DNA from: an uncultured virus (IMG/VR IMGVR_UViG_3300009502_000043)
Taxonomy: Duplodnaviria; Heunggongvirae; Uroviricota; Caudoviricetes
Direction: 5' to 3' (one strand)
Virus record (IMG/VR): IMGVR_UViG_3300009502_000043
Length of the DNA stretch: 20,000 bases
The position numbers and the translations under genes were made by a program. The notes beneath the pieces were generated by a model that was given only the letters and a program-made list of their open reading frames with translations, had not been told where the DNA came from and did not search any database. Below are positions 8,525 to 17,462 of this stretch, piece by piece (the first letter of the stretch is position 1; every line of letters starts with the position of its first letter).

Positions 8525-8597
8525 TGTCTTGTGGTGTAATTGGCAACACGTCTGGTTTTGGTCCAGAAGAGTTCAGGTTCGAGACCTGATGAGACAA
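8525..8597 (+). tRNA. tRNA-Gln (anticodon TTG)
   Basis: Cloverleaf: acceptor TGTCTTG/TGAGACA, D-arm GTGT-AATTGGCA-ACAC, anticodon arm TCTGG-TTTTGGT-CCAGA (TTG at 8558-8560), T-arm TCAGG-TTCGAGA-CCTGA. No encoded CCA. Confidence 0.95.
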
Positions 8598-8666
8598 CGA
8601 TTTTAGTGAATATAAGGTTAAAGGTTTAAAGGTTTAGTGATTATTTGGCTCATAAGAGCTTTGATT

Positions 8667-8700
8667 AAGAGGGAAGCAAAGCAATTTGTTTCCCTTTTTT
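8667..8700 (+). terminator. intrinsic terminator ending the RNA cluster
   Basis: AGGGAAGCAAA-gcaa-TTTGTTTCCCT plus T-tract. Confidence 0.85.
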
Positions 8701-8716
8701 ATTTTATTCGTCAATC

Positions 8717-8749
8717 CATATTGCCATAAAATACTGGATAAATATATTA
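8717..8749 (+). promoter_or_regulatory. putative phage promoter, copy 4
   Basis: CATATT-gccataaaatact-GGATAAATATATTA. Confidence 0.7.
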
Positions 8750-8776
8750 GTAACAAATCACTAAAATCATATATAA

Positions 8777-9202
8777 ATGGAAGATAACGATTATATAATT
8801 CAAACACCAAAAGATTTCATTCTTGGTGGGAAAGCAAATTTCACTGTTGAAAATTCAATTACAAAAAACAGATTTACATATACAATCAATCAAAATAAGA
8901 AAGATAATAAAATGTATTTTGTTAAAGTAAGTTATGCTTATGGTGAATATATGTACATTGGAGCATTAATTAATACTTCTTATGGATTTAAATTTAAAAT
9001 ATCTGCGAAACTTATTGAAAGTGAAACACCACCATCTGTAAAAGTAATTGAATATATTATCAAATGGTATCTGAACTTAGATCATCCTCATCAAAATATG
9101 ATATTTTATCATCATGGACATTGTTGTAGATGTGGTAGAGTACTTACTACTCCAGAAAGTGTTATTAAAGGAATTGGACCATTTTGTGAAGGATTAGACT
9201 AA
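8777..9202 (+). CDS. DUF6011-domain (zinc-finger-like) phage protein
   Basis: C-terminal CCRCGRVLTTPESVIKGIGPFC matches CxxCGRxLTxPxSxxxGIGPxC. Confidence 0.8.
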   Translation: MEDNDYIIQTPKDFILGGKANFTVENSITKNRFTYTINQNKKDNKMYFVKVSYAYGEYMYIGALINTSYGFKFKISAKLIESETPPSVKVIEYIIKWYLNLDHPHQNMIFYHHGHCCRCGRVLTTPESVIKGIGPFCEGLD

Positions 9203-9214
9203 AAACATAAAATC

Positions 9215-9442
9215 ATGACAAATATAGAATTATACAAGATTCTTCTGAAAAGAATGATTAAGAAATTATTTTTCGAAACATTATTAATTTTTAAAACATT
9301 ATTTGTTGTTTTTTGGTTATATCTAACAGCTTATGCAATAATGCAATCAATTGAAACACAAAAATCAAACTTATTGGGAATCATAATTTTAATTGATTTA
9401 ATTGTTGCAATTTATTTTTTATTTATTAAAAAATCAAAATAA
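9215..9442 (+). CDS. small membrane protein (2 predicted TM helices)
   Basis: Two hydrophobic stretches with basic ends. Confidence 0.7.
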   Translation: MTNIELYKILLKRMIKKLFFETLLIFKTLFVVFWLYLTAYAIMQSIETQKSNLLGIIILIDLIVAIYFLFIKKSK

Positions 9443-9636
9443 TGATGACAAAAACACAATTGAAAAAATTTCTTAATGAAGTTGCAGAAGAAATCAGAGT
9501 ATTTGAAAGACCACATGCTGATAATAGTCAAATGATGTTTGATTTACTTTTAGATCTTCTTTTGAATAATAAAATTGAACTTGATCCTGAACCAGAAACA
9601 AATAATATTATAAATAATGGAAAACCTTTGCATTGA
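9442..9636 (+). CDS. hypothetical protein (64 aa)
   Basis: TAATG-coupled ORF. Confidence 0.7.
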   Translation: MMTKTQLKKFLNEVAEEIRVFERPHADNSQMMFDLLLDLLLNNKIELDPEPETNNIINNGKPLH

Positions 9637-10222
9637 AGATCAATCAGCAAATTTATGTGTTGAAGATCAATCACAAAATGAAGATATTTATATCAGTTGG
9701 AAAGATAAAAATAATATACAACAATTTGGAATTATTAAAGTTCCTGTTGATTGTGATCATAATTTATTAGCACAACAAGTACGTCAATCTATAAATGATG
9801 AAAAATTTACTGAAAGAGGTATTACAATAATAAATTCGGCAGATATTGGTGAAAATACTTTGGAACATTTTCAAAGACAAATTGAACAACATAAATTAGG
9901 TAAAGTTGGAATAATTGGTGGTGGTTTAGGTCATTTAGGTATTGGTCATAGATATGCGGCAGAATCGCAACAAAATATTGATACTGTTGAATTAGTTCAT
10001 GCTCCAGATGCTGCAAATGATTTAAAATCAACTTACATGCGAAATCCAGCATTTGAAAATCCACCAATATTAATAAGAAATTATCGTGAAGATTGGGGTG
10101 AAGATAATATTTTAGCTCAACCTTGGGCTGAAAAAATATTAGTTTCAAAACATATGTGTGATAGAAAACAAAAACCAAGATCACCAAAGAAAAAATACGC
10201 TAAAAATAAAAAACGCAAATAA
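9617..10222 (+). CDS. hypothetical protein (201 aa) with Lys-rich C-tail
   Basis: ORF in operon context. Confidence 0.8.
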   Translation: MENLCIEDQSANLCVEDQSQNEDIYISWKDKNNIQQFGIIKVPVDCDHNLLAQQVRQSINDEKFTERGITIINSADIGENTLEHFQRQIEQHKLGKVGIIGGGLGHLGIGHRYAAESQQNIDTVELVHAPDAANDLKSTYMRNPAFENPPILIRNYREDWGEDNILAQPWAEKILVSKHMCDRKQKPRSPKKKYAKNKKRK

Positions 10223-10223
10223 A

Positions 10224-10514
10224 ATGGAAGAAGCCAAATTATTATTCGAAAATCCAACCAGTATGTCTGAATTAACATTAATGGTTGAAAAATTGTTATC
10301 ATTTTATAGTTACAAAATATTATCAATAGAAGATATTCATTGTATTGGAAATGAAATTCTTTTCAATATTCAGGTAGATTATAGCTTTCCACCAATTGAT
10401 GTAATATTTGATGTATCTACCGGAATAATCAAAATACAAATGTATAATGATACTATCAGTAGTGTAAACGATAATCAATTGTGTAGTGATTTCCTAAATG
10501 CTTATAACAAATAA
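10224..10514 (+). CDS. hypothetical protein (96 aa)
   Basis: ATG at 10224, immediately after the upstream stop, is the likely start of the 10158-10514 ORF. Confidence 0.72.
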   Translation: MEEAKLLFENPTSMSELTLMVEKLLSFYSYKILSIEDIHCIGNEILFNIQVDYSFPPIDVIFDVSTGIIKIQMYNDTISSVNDNQLCSDFLNAYNK

Positions 10515-10515
10515 T

Positions 10516-10710
10516 ATGTTGTCACAAGATAAATACATTGATTTTGAAGAATATGAAATTCCAAAAGACAATTATTTCGACAGACATCGTTTGCCATTTG
10601 TAAATCATAATAAAATCAGACGAAATGTCTTATGTTCTTGTGGATCAGGATTAAAGTGGAAAAAATGTTGTTTTCTAAAACAAAATAATAATGGAAAAAT
10701 TACTTCTTAA
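10516..10710 (+). CDS. small SEC-C motif protein
   Basis: KIRRNVLCSCGSGLKWKKCC matches SEC-C (RNxxCxCGSGxKxKxCC). Start at 10516 follows the upstream stop. Confidence 0.8.
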   Translation: MLSQDKYIDFEEYEIPKDNYFDRHRLPFVNHNKIRRNVLCSCGSGLKWKKCCFLKQNNNGKITS

Positions 10711-11173
10711 TAATGAAGAATATCTTTGTATTGAAATACCTGAAAATGCTTATGATTTCGAATCAAGAAGAAATAATGAAATCATATATGGATTGAAAGA
10801 TTGTATTAATCCTTTAACTGGTAGTGAAAAGTCAGTTATTGTTAATTTACCAGATATGAAATGGGGATTAATTATCAGAGAACATGAGATAATTGGAACT
10901 GTTAAAAATATTCTTATTAATCCTGAATTACAAAAGAAACTTAAAATCAATTCTTCAAATGAATTGATTAAAGCTTTGAATCTTCAAAAAATCATTTGTA
11001 AAACAATATATAGTAAACCAATAGTAAAAGATATTGGTCAAATGATTGGAAAATACGCTCCAAGAAAAAAATTATTTTTTCAAAAATTTAATTTTTGGGT
11101 TGATCAACAAAGAAAATATCAACAAGCACCATACGATTTGTTTTTAGTTCGAATTAATAAAATGAGATCATAA
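10691..11173 (+). CDS. hypothetical protein (160 aa)
   Basis: ORF in operon context. Confidence 0.78.
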   Translation: MEKLLLNNEEYLCIEIPENAYDFESRRNNEIIYGLKDCINPLTGSEKSVIVNLPDMKWGLIIREHEIIGTVKNILINPELQKKLKINSSNELIKALNLQKIICKTIYSKPIVKDIGQMIGKYAPRKKLFFQKFNFWVDQQRKYQQAPYDLFLVRINKMRS

Positions 11174-11394
11174 TGTCAAAAAATAGTGGTAAATATGTCG
11201 AATATGAATTTGAAGGAAAAATTCAAAAAGGTTTAGTTGTTAATTCTGATCAAAGAGAAGAACAATTATCAAAAGGTAAAGTTTTCGTAACATTATTGAA
11301 TGATGATTTTACCAATAAACTTGATATTAACGAGAAAAAAATAGTCATAATAAAATCAGCTATTAATCTTAAAGTAATAGGATTCAGCGATTAA
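11173..11394 (+). CDS. hypothetical protein (73 aa)
   Basis: TAATG-coupled ORF, beta-rich pattern. Confidence 0.78.
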   Translation: MSKNSGKYVEYEFEGKIQKGLVVNSDQREEQLSKGKVFVTLLNDDFTNKLDINEKKIVIIKSAINLKVIGFSD

Positions 11395-11407
11395 TATTTA
11401 CATACTT

Positions 11408-11974
11408 ATGAAAAAGAAAAACGATTTTGTATTTATTTGGAAAAAGTTCTTTTGGGAAAGACTTGTATGGAAAAAACAATTTGAAAAAGTTTCATGTCAA
11501 ATTAATAGTGGTAGATGTTTAAATTGTGATGGTGGAGAATTTCCAAAAGTTGAATGTGTTGTTTATGGTTGTCCATGTACTGAAGAACAATATCTGAAAC
11601 GTATTAGTACGTCAAAATTAAAATTTAAGAAATTTGATGATCCAGAAATATTAAAATCATCTGTAAAAAAATCAAAATACATTCGTTGTACTGTTTGTGA
11701 TACTTTAATTAAAGAACATTTACCTTGTCAGAAATGTGAAAATTTATTAAATATTGCTATTGATAATATTATGATTGAAGCAGATTTACCACACAAAAAG
11801 AAATATATCAAAACAAAAAATATTGCTTTGATTTTGCTATTGATATGTTTTTTATCAACATCATCATGTAACAGAAAAATTTATGCAACTTCTGGAAAAC
11901 ATTCTTTTAAAGCATTAACAAACGATTCAGTAAATTATCAGTTAAGAAATAGAAATAATTATTGGGGAAAATGA
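11408..11974 (+). CDS. Cys-rich hypothetical protein with C-terminal hydrophobic/lipobox-like segment
   Basis: CxxC pairs (CLNC, CTVC, CQKC), plus KNIALILLLICFLSTSSC near the C-terminus. Confidence 0.72.
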   Translation: MKKKNDFVFIWKKFFWERLVWKKQFEKVSCQINSGRCLNCDGGEFPKVECVVYGCPCTEEQYLKRISTSKLKFKKFDDPEILKSSVKKSKYIRCTVCDTLIKEHLPCQKCENLLNIAIDNIMIEADLPHKKKYIKTKNIALILLLICFLSTSSCNRKIYATSGKHSFKALTNDSVNYQLRNRNNYWGK

Positions 11975-12126
11975 AAACAAACTTTAAACAAATAAAATTT
12001 CGCAATTATAGTGCTGGAACTTATTTAATTTTTTTACTATCAATATTGTTTGGTTATTATTTAATAGTCAAATTTCAGATCAATGTTTCAGAAGTAGTTG
12101 AAAAGTTTTTTGACGCATTTAATTAG
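11971..12126 (+). CDS. small membrane protein (51 aa), not in ORF track
   Basis: ATGA overlap with the upstream stop. MKTNFKQIKFRNYSAGTYLIFLLSILFGYYLIVKFQINVSEVVEKFFDAFN fills the gap up to the next promoter. Confidence 0.6.
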   Translation: MKTNFKQIKFRNYSAGTYLIFLLSILFGYYLIVKFQINVSEVVEKFFDAFN

Positions 12127-12132
12127 TTTACC

Positions 12133-12165
12133 CATATTATTATATTTCCAAGGATATATGTATTA
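12133..12165 (+). promoter_or_regulatory. putative phage promoter, copy 5
   Basis: CATATT-N13-GGATATATGTATTA. Confidence 0.65.
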
Positions 12166-12203
12166 TAATCATTGTTTAAACATTATACCTTAAAATATTT
12201 GAT

Positions 12204-12863
12204 ATGAGAAACAGAGTTATTTCGGTTGATGAAATGAATCAACATGTATTTAGTTTTAAATTATTAATTGAAACTTTATGCAAAGATGCTTCGAAAGGAT
12301 TTCAATCTGTAAAGGAAAAATCATTAGCATCTTACTTTGAAACTGCGAAAGTTAATCTTAATTATCGTGGACCTTTGATGGATTTTCTTAAAACTCAAAA
12401 TTTTTTGATCACACAAAACGAAAAAGTTAATTTACGATATAAATTCGTTGAACCTGATGTTAAAATTGATTCAGAAGTAATAGCAAAACGTGCTTGGAAT
12501 ATAATTTATCAAACAGTCAATCCAAGAGTACAAAGACAAAAAACAGTTAAACTTCATAAAGAAGAAGAGTTCAAAGGAATTACTGAACAAGCAATTGCTA
12601 AAAATTATTACTTATCTGATGAAGTTTTCTTTTTGTATGAATCTGAAATTGCTTCAGGTCAGATTTTTGGAATGAGTTTTGCTTCAAATGGAGTTGAAAT
12701 TAATACAGAAATAATGACATTTCAAATTGCAATTCCATCTATTGTTAAAGTTGATGAAATCAAAACAGTCTGGAAAAATCAAATTTTTCCTTCTCCAGAA
12801 TTACTTCTTAAATCACTTGAAGTAAAATTTTACAAATCAAATCAATCAAAATTATTAAAATGA
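12204..12863 (+). CDS. hypothetical protein (219 aa)
   Basis: ORF after the promoter motif. Confidence 0.82.
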   Translation: MRNRVISVDEMNQHVFSFKLLIETLCKDASKGFQSVKEKSLASYFETAKVNLNYRGPLMDFLKTQNFLITQNEKVNLRYKFVEPDVKIDSEVIAKRAWNIIYQTVNPRVQRQKTVKLHKEEEFKGITEQAIAKNYYLSDEVFFLYESEIASGQIFGMSFASNGVEINTEIMTFQIAIPSIVKVDEIKTVWKNQIFPSPELLLKSLEVKFYKSNQSKLLK

Positions 12864-13276
12864 AAGTACCTTTTGATGATATTATCGATATTTTCAAGAA
12901 AAAATATTCATCTGAACAATCTGATATTGATCTTTTTTATTTGGGTTGGAATGAATGTGTTCTTGGTTGGAAACCTACAATAATTGATAAATCATATTCA
13001 CGATTCTCCGATATAGTAAATATAAATGAATTTCATTTTTTCTTATTTGGTTGGAATTGTTGTGAAGCTTTTTTCTACAATGTTAATGATATGTGGCAAC
13101 TTTTCGAAAGAAATGATAAAATTTATAATCATCATATTATTGAAGAAATAATGAAAACCTTTATGGAAAGAATTATTCGAGATAAAATAAAACTCAGTTC
13201 TGAAATGAAAAATCTTATTTCAGTTTTCAATAAAATTTCTGATGCTGTTATATCTTCTAAAAAACCTAAAACCTAA
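12860..13276 (+). CDS. hypothetical protein with duplicated FxxGWNxC motif
   Basis: ATGA overlap. Contains FYLGWNEC and FLFGWNCC. Confidence 0.78.
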   Translation: MKVPFDDIIDIFKKKYSSEQSDIDLFYLGWNECVLGWKPTIIDKSYSRFSDIVNINEFHFFLFGWNCCEAFFYNVNDMWQLFERNDKIYNHHIIEEIMKTFMERIIRDKIKLSSEMKNLISVFNKISDAVISSKKPKT

Positions 13277-13281
13277 GAATA

Positions 13282-13791
13282 ATGAATGTAGCTAATCAAT
13301 TAAAAAAGATTGAACTTGCATCAGCAATTAATGATATTGTTGAAACGTTCCTTCCAAGATTTACAAAAGATAAAGTTCTTATTGTAAATATTCGTTTTCA
13401 TATTGATAATTTCAAAACCAATGAAACAGTAAACAGAAATCTTTCAATTTTATATTACAGACCACAAAATTATATGTTTGTTGGTACTTATTTGGAAAAC
13501 AAAGATTTAACAATAATTGGTAATTTGAAAACAATGTTTTTTCCAAACAAAGTTCAACAAGAATTGGCAAAACATTCTTATCATGATAGTTGTTGGAGAT
13601 CTGGAACTGAAACTATAATAAATAAGGTTGCTCAATCTATTTACGATAAGTTAAAAGATGCTGATGATGAATATCATGTTTACACAGCATTTGCAATAAA
13701 TCCATTTGAAATTGTTTCAGCAAAAATCGATATTCGTGAGAAAACTGCCACTTATATTCCAATTGAAGTTGAAATACCTTTGAAAAAATAA
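13282..13791 (+). CDS. hypothetical protein (169 aa)
   Basis: ORF ending just before a terminator. Confidence 0.8.
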   Translation: MNVANQLKKIELASAINDIVETFLPRFTKDKVLIVNIRFHIDNFKTNETVNRNLSILYYRPQNYMFVGTYLENKDLTIIGNLKTMFFPNKVQQELAKHSYHDSCWRSGTETIINKVAQSIYDKLKDADDEYHVYTAFAINPFEIVSAKIDIREKTATYIPIEVEIPLKK

Positions 13792-13811
13792 AAGTATTCA
13801 CATTTATATCG

Positions 13812-13844
13812 AAAGTCAATCAGATAACTTCTGATTGACTTTTT
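13812..13844 (+). terminator. intrinsic terminator
   Basis: AAAGTCAATCAGA-taact-TCTGATTGACTTT plus TT. Confidence 0.8.
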
Positions 13845-13861
13845 ATTTTAATCTGATAACT

Positions 13862-13894
13862 CATATTGTCATAAAATATAGGATATATAAATTA
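13862..13894 (+). promoter_or_regulatory. putative phage promoter, copy 6
   Basis: CATATT-gtcataaaatata-GGATATATAAATTA. Confidence 0.75.
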
Positions 13895-13921
13895 TATCAA
13901 AATCCTAAAAATTACAATATA

Positions 13922-14257
13922 ATGAAAAATAAAAAATTCGAAACTGAAAGATTAAAATGGATTGCAGATAATCCAGGATTTGAAGAAAATGAATTGAGAG
14001 CTTTTTTTGCTGGTTATGATGCAGCAAGTAAAACAACAATTGCATATTCTGATCAATATGAAGAAAAAGATCGTATTTTTCCAAAACATAAATTAGTTGA
14101 ACATTGTGTGTTTGACGTAAATGATCAGGAAGAAGCTGAATTGTATTGTTGTATTGCTGAAGTTGCTGAAAAAAATAATGTGCAACAAAATGATCTTGGA
14201 CATTTATTTCCAGCAATATTGCGAATGTTAAAATCAACAATTAATTGGTCAAAATAA
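13922..14257 (+). CDS. hypothetical protein (111 aa)
   Basis: ATG at 13922 lies downstream of the promoter motif. The track start at 13835 falls inside the terminator. Confidence 0.78.
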   Translation: MKNKKFETERLKWIADNPGFEENELRAFFAGYDAASKTTIAYSDQYEEKDRIFPKHKLVEHCVFDVNDQEEAELYCCIAEVAEKNNVQQNDLGHLFPAILRMLKSTINWSK

Positions 14258-14259
14258 CT

Positions 14260-14445
14260 ATGACAACAAATGTAGATAAACTCAAAGAATTAGGCATATT
14301 GAAAGATTTGCTTGAAAATCACACCGAAGCATCATTAAATAAAATGGATGCTGAAGAATTACTTTGTGCTTGGCTTGATTGGGAAGGTATTATTGGTTAT
14401 GGACATAGAATTGTCAATATATTCAAAACATTATCAACAAAATAA
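14260..14445 (+). CDS. small hypothetical phage protein (WLDWEGIIGY motif)
   Basis: ATG 2 nt after the upstream stop. Confidence 0.75.
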   Translation: MTTNVDKLKELGILKDLLENHTEASLNKMDAEELLCAWLDWEGIIGYGHRIVNIFKTLSTK

Positions 14446-14447
14446 TC

Positions 14448-14753
14448 ATGGACGTAAAAACATTAAAAGAAGCGAATTTGCTTCAATCTAGAATTGAAAA
14501 ATTAGATTTGTGTAACAATTTATTCTATTGGGGTACAGATTCTAATTTTCCTGAAATACCAACAGTTTCTCGTAAACCAAAATTAATTTTGGAATATGAT
14601 GATGAAGAAGATGGTAGAAGTCAAGAACCTGTTCCTATGGAGCTCAATGAAGAAATGATTCAAGTGTTAAAAACTTGGATTGAAATTGAATCTGATCGTC
14701 TTATGACTGAATTTGAACAACTAAAACCTGAAGAAAATGATAATGTCTTTTGA
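14448..14753 (+). CDS. hypothetical acidic protein (101 aa)
   Basis: ORF in a tight operon. Confidence 0.78.
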   Translation: MDVKTLKEANLLQSRIEKLDLCNNLFYWGTDSNFPEIPTVSRKPKLILEYDDEEDGRSQEPVPMELNEEMIQVLKTWIEIESDRLMTEFEQLKPEENDNVF

Positions 14754-15372
14754 AGGTATTGATGTAGATTTGGAGATTTCTTTGTTTGAATACAAAGTTA
14801 TTGCTTCAAAAGAACTTCATGAAGATGGAAGTGGAACACATTTTTGCATTTACAAAATTACAGATGATGCATTTGGTTGTGGACATATTTCCGACAGAGA
14901 TTTGGATGAATTAATTGTAGGTGAAAGTTGGATGAATGAATCCGATATTAAATCTTTCCTTGAATCTAATGGTTGTACTAAAGATGAATTTCTTACATTT
15001 CCATTTATTCAAAAATTACATGCACTTTTAAATAAATATGGATATTTGAATATTTTCGGTCAAGATTATGATCCAATGTCAAAAGGGTATGTTATTCAAA
15101 ATTATTTGACACCTGAAAAGAAAACTTATTATTACAATACTGGTGTGAAAAAATCTTCATTTAATTCAACATTTTTAGGTGACAAATTTATTAATGATGA
15201 ATTGCATATTTCATTTGATTGTGAAGAAGTTCCAGAAGGTGCAAAATTAGATTTTCTTGCATCAAAAGATACTATTTATCTTGGACAATTAAAATACATT
15301 GTTCGTGAAATTTATAATACCAGACTTGTAGTTAAATATGCGTATTTTAAACCTGCAATTCATGAGAAATAA
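14743..15372 (+). CDS. hypothetical protein (~209 aa)
   Basis: Long ORF, start at 14737 or 14743. Confidence 0.8.
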   Translation: MSFEGIDVDLEISLFEYKVIASKELHEDGSGTHFCIYKITDDAFGCGHISDRDLDELIVGESWMNESDIKSFLESNGCTKDEFLTFPFIQKLHALLNKYGYLNIFGQDYDPMSKGYVIQNYLTPEKKTYYYNTGVKKSSFNSTFLGDKFINDELHISFDCEEVPEGAKLDFLASKDTIYLGQLKYIVREIYNTRLVVKYAYFKPAIHEK

Positions 15373-15571
15373 AATTTATTATTTCTTTTTCAAAAAAGGA
15401 AAGCAATACTCTTTGACATTGCCATATATAACTTATTGGGGTTGTGATGAATATCATTGGTTGAGATTTCATTCAAAATCCTGGATTAGTATGCTTGGTA
15501 ATAGAGTTAACGGAAATACTATGTTTACAATACTTTACGATAGTGGTAAAATATCAGTAAATAAAAATTAA
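15362..15571 (+). CDS. hypothetical protein (69 aa)
   Basis: ATG at 15362 overlaps the upstream stop, and the ORF ends before a terminator. Confidence 0.6.
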   Translation: MRNKIYYFFFKKGKQYSLTLPYITYWGCDEYHWLRFHSKSWISMLGNRVNGNTMFTILYDSGKISVNKN

Positions 15572-15588
15572 GGTGGATTAGGTTTGTT

Positions 15589-15625
15589 AAAGCCTGGGTT
15601 GAATTTATTTCAGCCTGGGTTTTTT
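15589..15625 (+). terminator. intrinsic terminator
   Basis: AAGCCTGGGTTGAA/TTCAGCCTGGGTTT stem with G-U pairs plus a T-tract. Confidence 0.75.
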
Positions 15626-15644
15626 CATTATTAATATGATGCCT

Positions 15645-15677
15645 CATATTGTCATAAAATTTTGGATATATAAATTA
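15645..15677 (+). promoter_or_regulatory. putative phage promoter, copy 7
   Basis: CATATT-gtcataaaatttt-GGATATATAAATTA. Confidence 0.75.
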
Positions 15678-15705
15678 ATAATAATAACCTTAAAATTATA
15701 TCCAT

Positions 15706-16116
15706 ATGTCATTTAAAATTTTAAACAAAGAAGGTCAAGCAATTATAATTAATATGCTTGACAAAGAAGCTGCTGAATTTTGGAATCAAAAAGTAGGTGA
15801 TGATTATGCTGTTCCACTTCCAATGTCACATTTTGGTGAAGGAAGAGAAGCACTTGTTGATTTCATAAAACAATCAAATTGGTTTGATATGATTGGATAT
15901 AATATTTCTCAACAACCAATAAAATACACAAGTGGTTGGGACAATGTTAAATGCAATATGTTCTCAGTTCATGCTTGTTCAATAATTCTTCAAAAAACTA
16001 AAGAAGAAAAAATTGGATATTTCGAATATATTATTGAAACACATTTGAAACCATATTTCGATTTAATCGATTTCTGGGCTTCTAAAGAATATACACCTGT
16101 ACAAATAACTGATTAA
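15706..16116 (+). CDS. hypothetical protein (136 aa)
   Basis: ORF after the promoter motif. Confidence 0.82.
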   Translation: MSFKILNKEGQAIIINMLDKEAAEFWNQKVGDDYAVPLPMSHFGEGREALVDFIKQSNWFDMIGYNISQQPIKYTSGWDNVKCNMFSVHACSIILQKTKEEKIGYFEYIIETHLKPYFDLIDFWASKEYTPVQITD

Positions 16117-16118
16117 TT

Positions 16119-16337
16119 ATGAAAAAAATTATTAAATGCACGATTGGACCATATCCCAAACAAATTTTTGATAAAATGCCTGAAGTCAATGTGGAATTTG
16201 ATGATGGCAGTAAAAGAATGATATTTGATTTTTATCCTGATGAACTTTCCTTTTCAGAGTCTGAATTTATTGGACTTACCGAAGAAGAAGCGATCACATT
16301 GAAATTCAAAAAAGATAAGGAATATTTGCAATCTTAA
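16119..16337 (+). CDS. conserved hypothetical phage protein (FYPDELSF...EFIGLT motif)
   Basis: Motif recalled from many phage hypothetical proteins. Function unknown. Confidence 0.8.
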   Translation: MKKIIKCTIGPYPKQIFDKMPEVNVEFDDGSKRMIFDFYPDELSFSESEFIGLTEEEAITLKFKKDKEYLQS

Positions 16338-16347
16338 ATTCACAACA

Positions 16348-16602
16348 ATGGCAAAGAAAAAACAACCTGTAGCTGAAATTCTTTGTTGGGTATTTTTTGT
16401 ATCAAAATTTAACCTGACAAATATGCAAATGACCTTAGCATTGAATTTATGCAAGATATTTGAAAGTCTTGGTTCATTAAATACAACTCCAACACTTGAA
16501 GAAATCAAAATAACTCCAGAATTTCGTGAAGCTTATCAACATTTGAATAAAGCTTCATTATCAGATGAGAATATTCAAAGAATAATTGATTTTAAATCAT
16601 AA
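16348..16602 (+). CDS. hypothetical protein (84 aa)
   Basis: ORF in operon. Confidence 0.62.
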   Translation: MAKKKQPVAEILCWVFFVSKFNLTNMQMTLALNLCKIFESLGSLNTTPTLEEIKITPEFREAYQHLNKASLSDENIQRIIDFKS

Positions 16603-16609
16603 TAAACTC

Positions 16610-16861
16610 ATGGAAATAGATTTTGTAATTAAATCGGATTATGGAAATTTTTTCGAAAGACTTACGAAAGAATTTTTCAAGAAAGTTGAAAATCCCCGTA
16701 TATCTAAAGTTATTGTAAGTGCTGGACCATATCGAACTTATGATTTGGATATTAAACGATTGAATGATACAACAATAATGATCGATTATTATTCAGCAAT
16801 AAGAGTATTTGAACACACTTATAAAGAACAAGATGTTATTGATTTTTTAAACAAAATCTAA
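16610..16861 (+). CDS. hypothetical protein (83 aa)
   Basis: ATG at 16610 after the upstream stop. Confidence 0.72.
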   Translation: MEIDFVIKSDYGNFFERLTKEFFKKVENPRISKVIVSAGPYRTYDLDIKRLNDTTIMIDYYSAIRVFEHTYKEQDVIDFLNKI

Positions 16862-16877
16862 TTTTTGTAACACATAT

Positions 16878-16913
16878 GAAAAACCAATCAGATAGCTTTT
16901 GATTGGTTTTTTC
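16878..16913 (+). terminator. intrinsic terminator
   Basis: GAAAAACCAATCAGA-tagct-TTTGATTGGTTTTTTC. Confidence 0.8.
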
Positions 16914-16931
16914 ATTTGTATTAAGACAACT

Positions 16932-16964
16932 CATATTGTCATAAAATACTGGATATATATATTA
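16932..16964 (+). promoter_or_regulatory. putative phage promoter, copy 8
   Basis: CATATT-gtcataaaatact-GGATATATATATTA. Confidence 0.75.
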
Positions 16965-16991
16965 TAATTGAAACCTTTAAAATTATATTAT

Positions 16992-17450
16992 ATGACACAA
17001 TTAATTACTGTATTTAATCAAGACACATTAGACATAGTTCGTGGTGTTTTAAAAATTAAACTTGATGAAATTTTCAAAGAAACTGGAGTAAAATTTAACA
17101 TTGGTGGTATGAGATTTGATAGAAACGAATTTACATGCAAATTAACTGCACTTACAGTTAATCCTGATAGTAAATTCGCAAATATCTCAGTAATGGACAT
17201 CAAAGTTGCCAAGGATTTTTGTGAAAAGGCATATTTGCTTGGATTAAATCCACAAGAATTGAACACATCAAAAATGTTAAATGGCGAAAAATATACTCTG
17301 ATCGGTTATCTTACGAAAAGCAAAAGATATCCACTTCTGATGAGAAAAGGTTCTAAACGTATGAAAATAACTGTTGACTTCTGGAAAAAAGGTACTGTAC
17401 CACCACCAGTTAAACCTGCAGAAAGTCTTGATGCTTTTTTAGGATTTTAA
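16992..17450 (+). CDS. hypothetical phage protein (152 aa)
   Basis: ATG at 16992. Pro-rich linker followed by the C-terminal tail SLDAFLGF. Confidence 0.8.
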   Translation: MTQLITVFNQDTLDIVRGVLKIKLDEIFKETGVKFNIGGMRFDRNEFTCKLTALTVNPDSKFANISVMDIKVAKDFCEKAYLLGLNPQELNTSKMLNGEKYTLIGYLTKSKRYPLLMRKGSKRMKITVDFWKKGTVPPPVKPAESLDAFLGF

Positions 17451-17462
17451 ATCACATAAATC

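Noticed and set aside
9900..9950. Rossmann/FAD-binding motif in KVGIIGGGLGHLGIG
   Set aside because: Isolated motif in mid-protein without the rest of a dinucleotide-binding fold recognisable.
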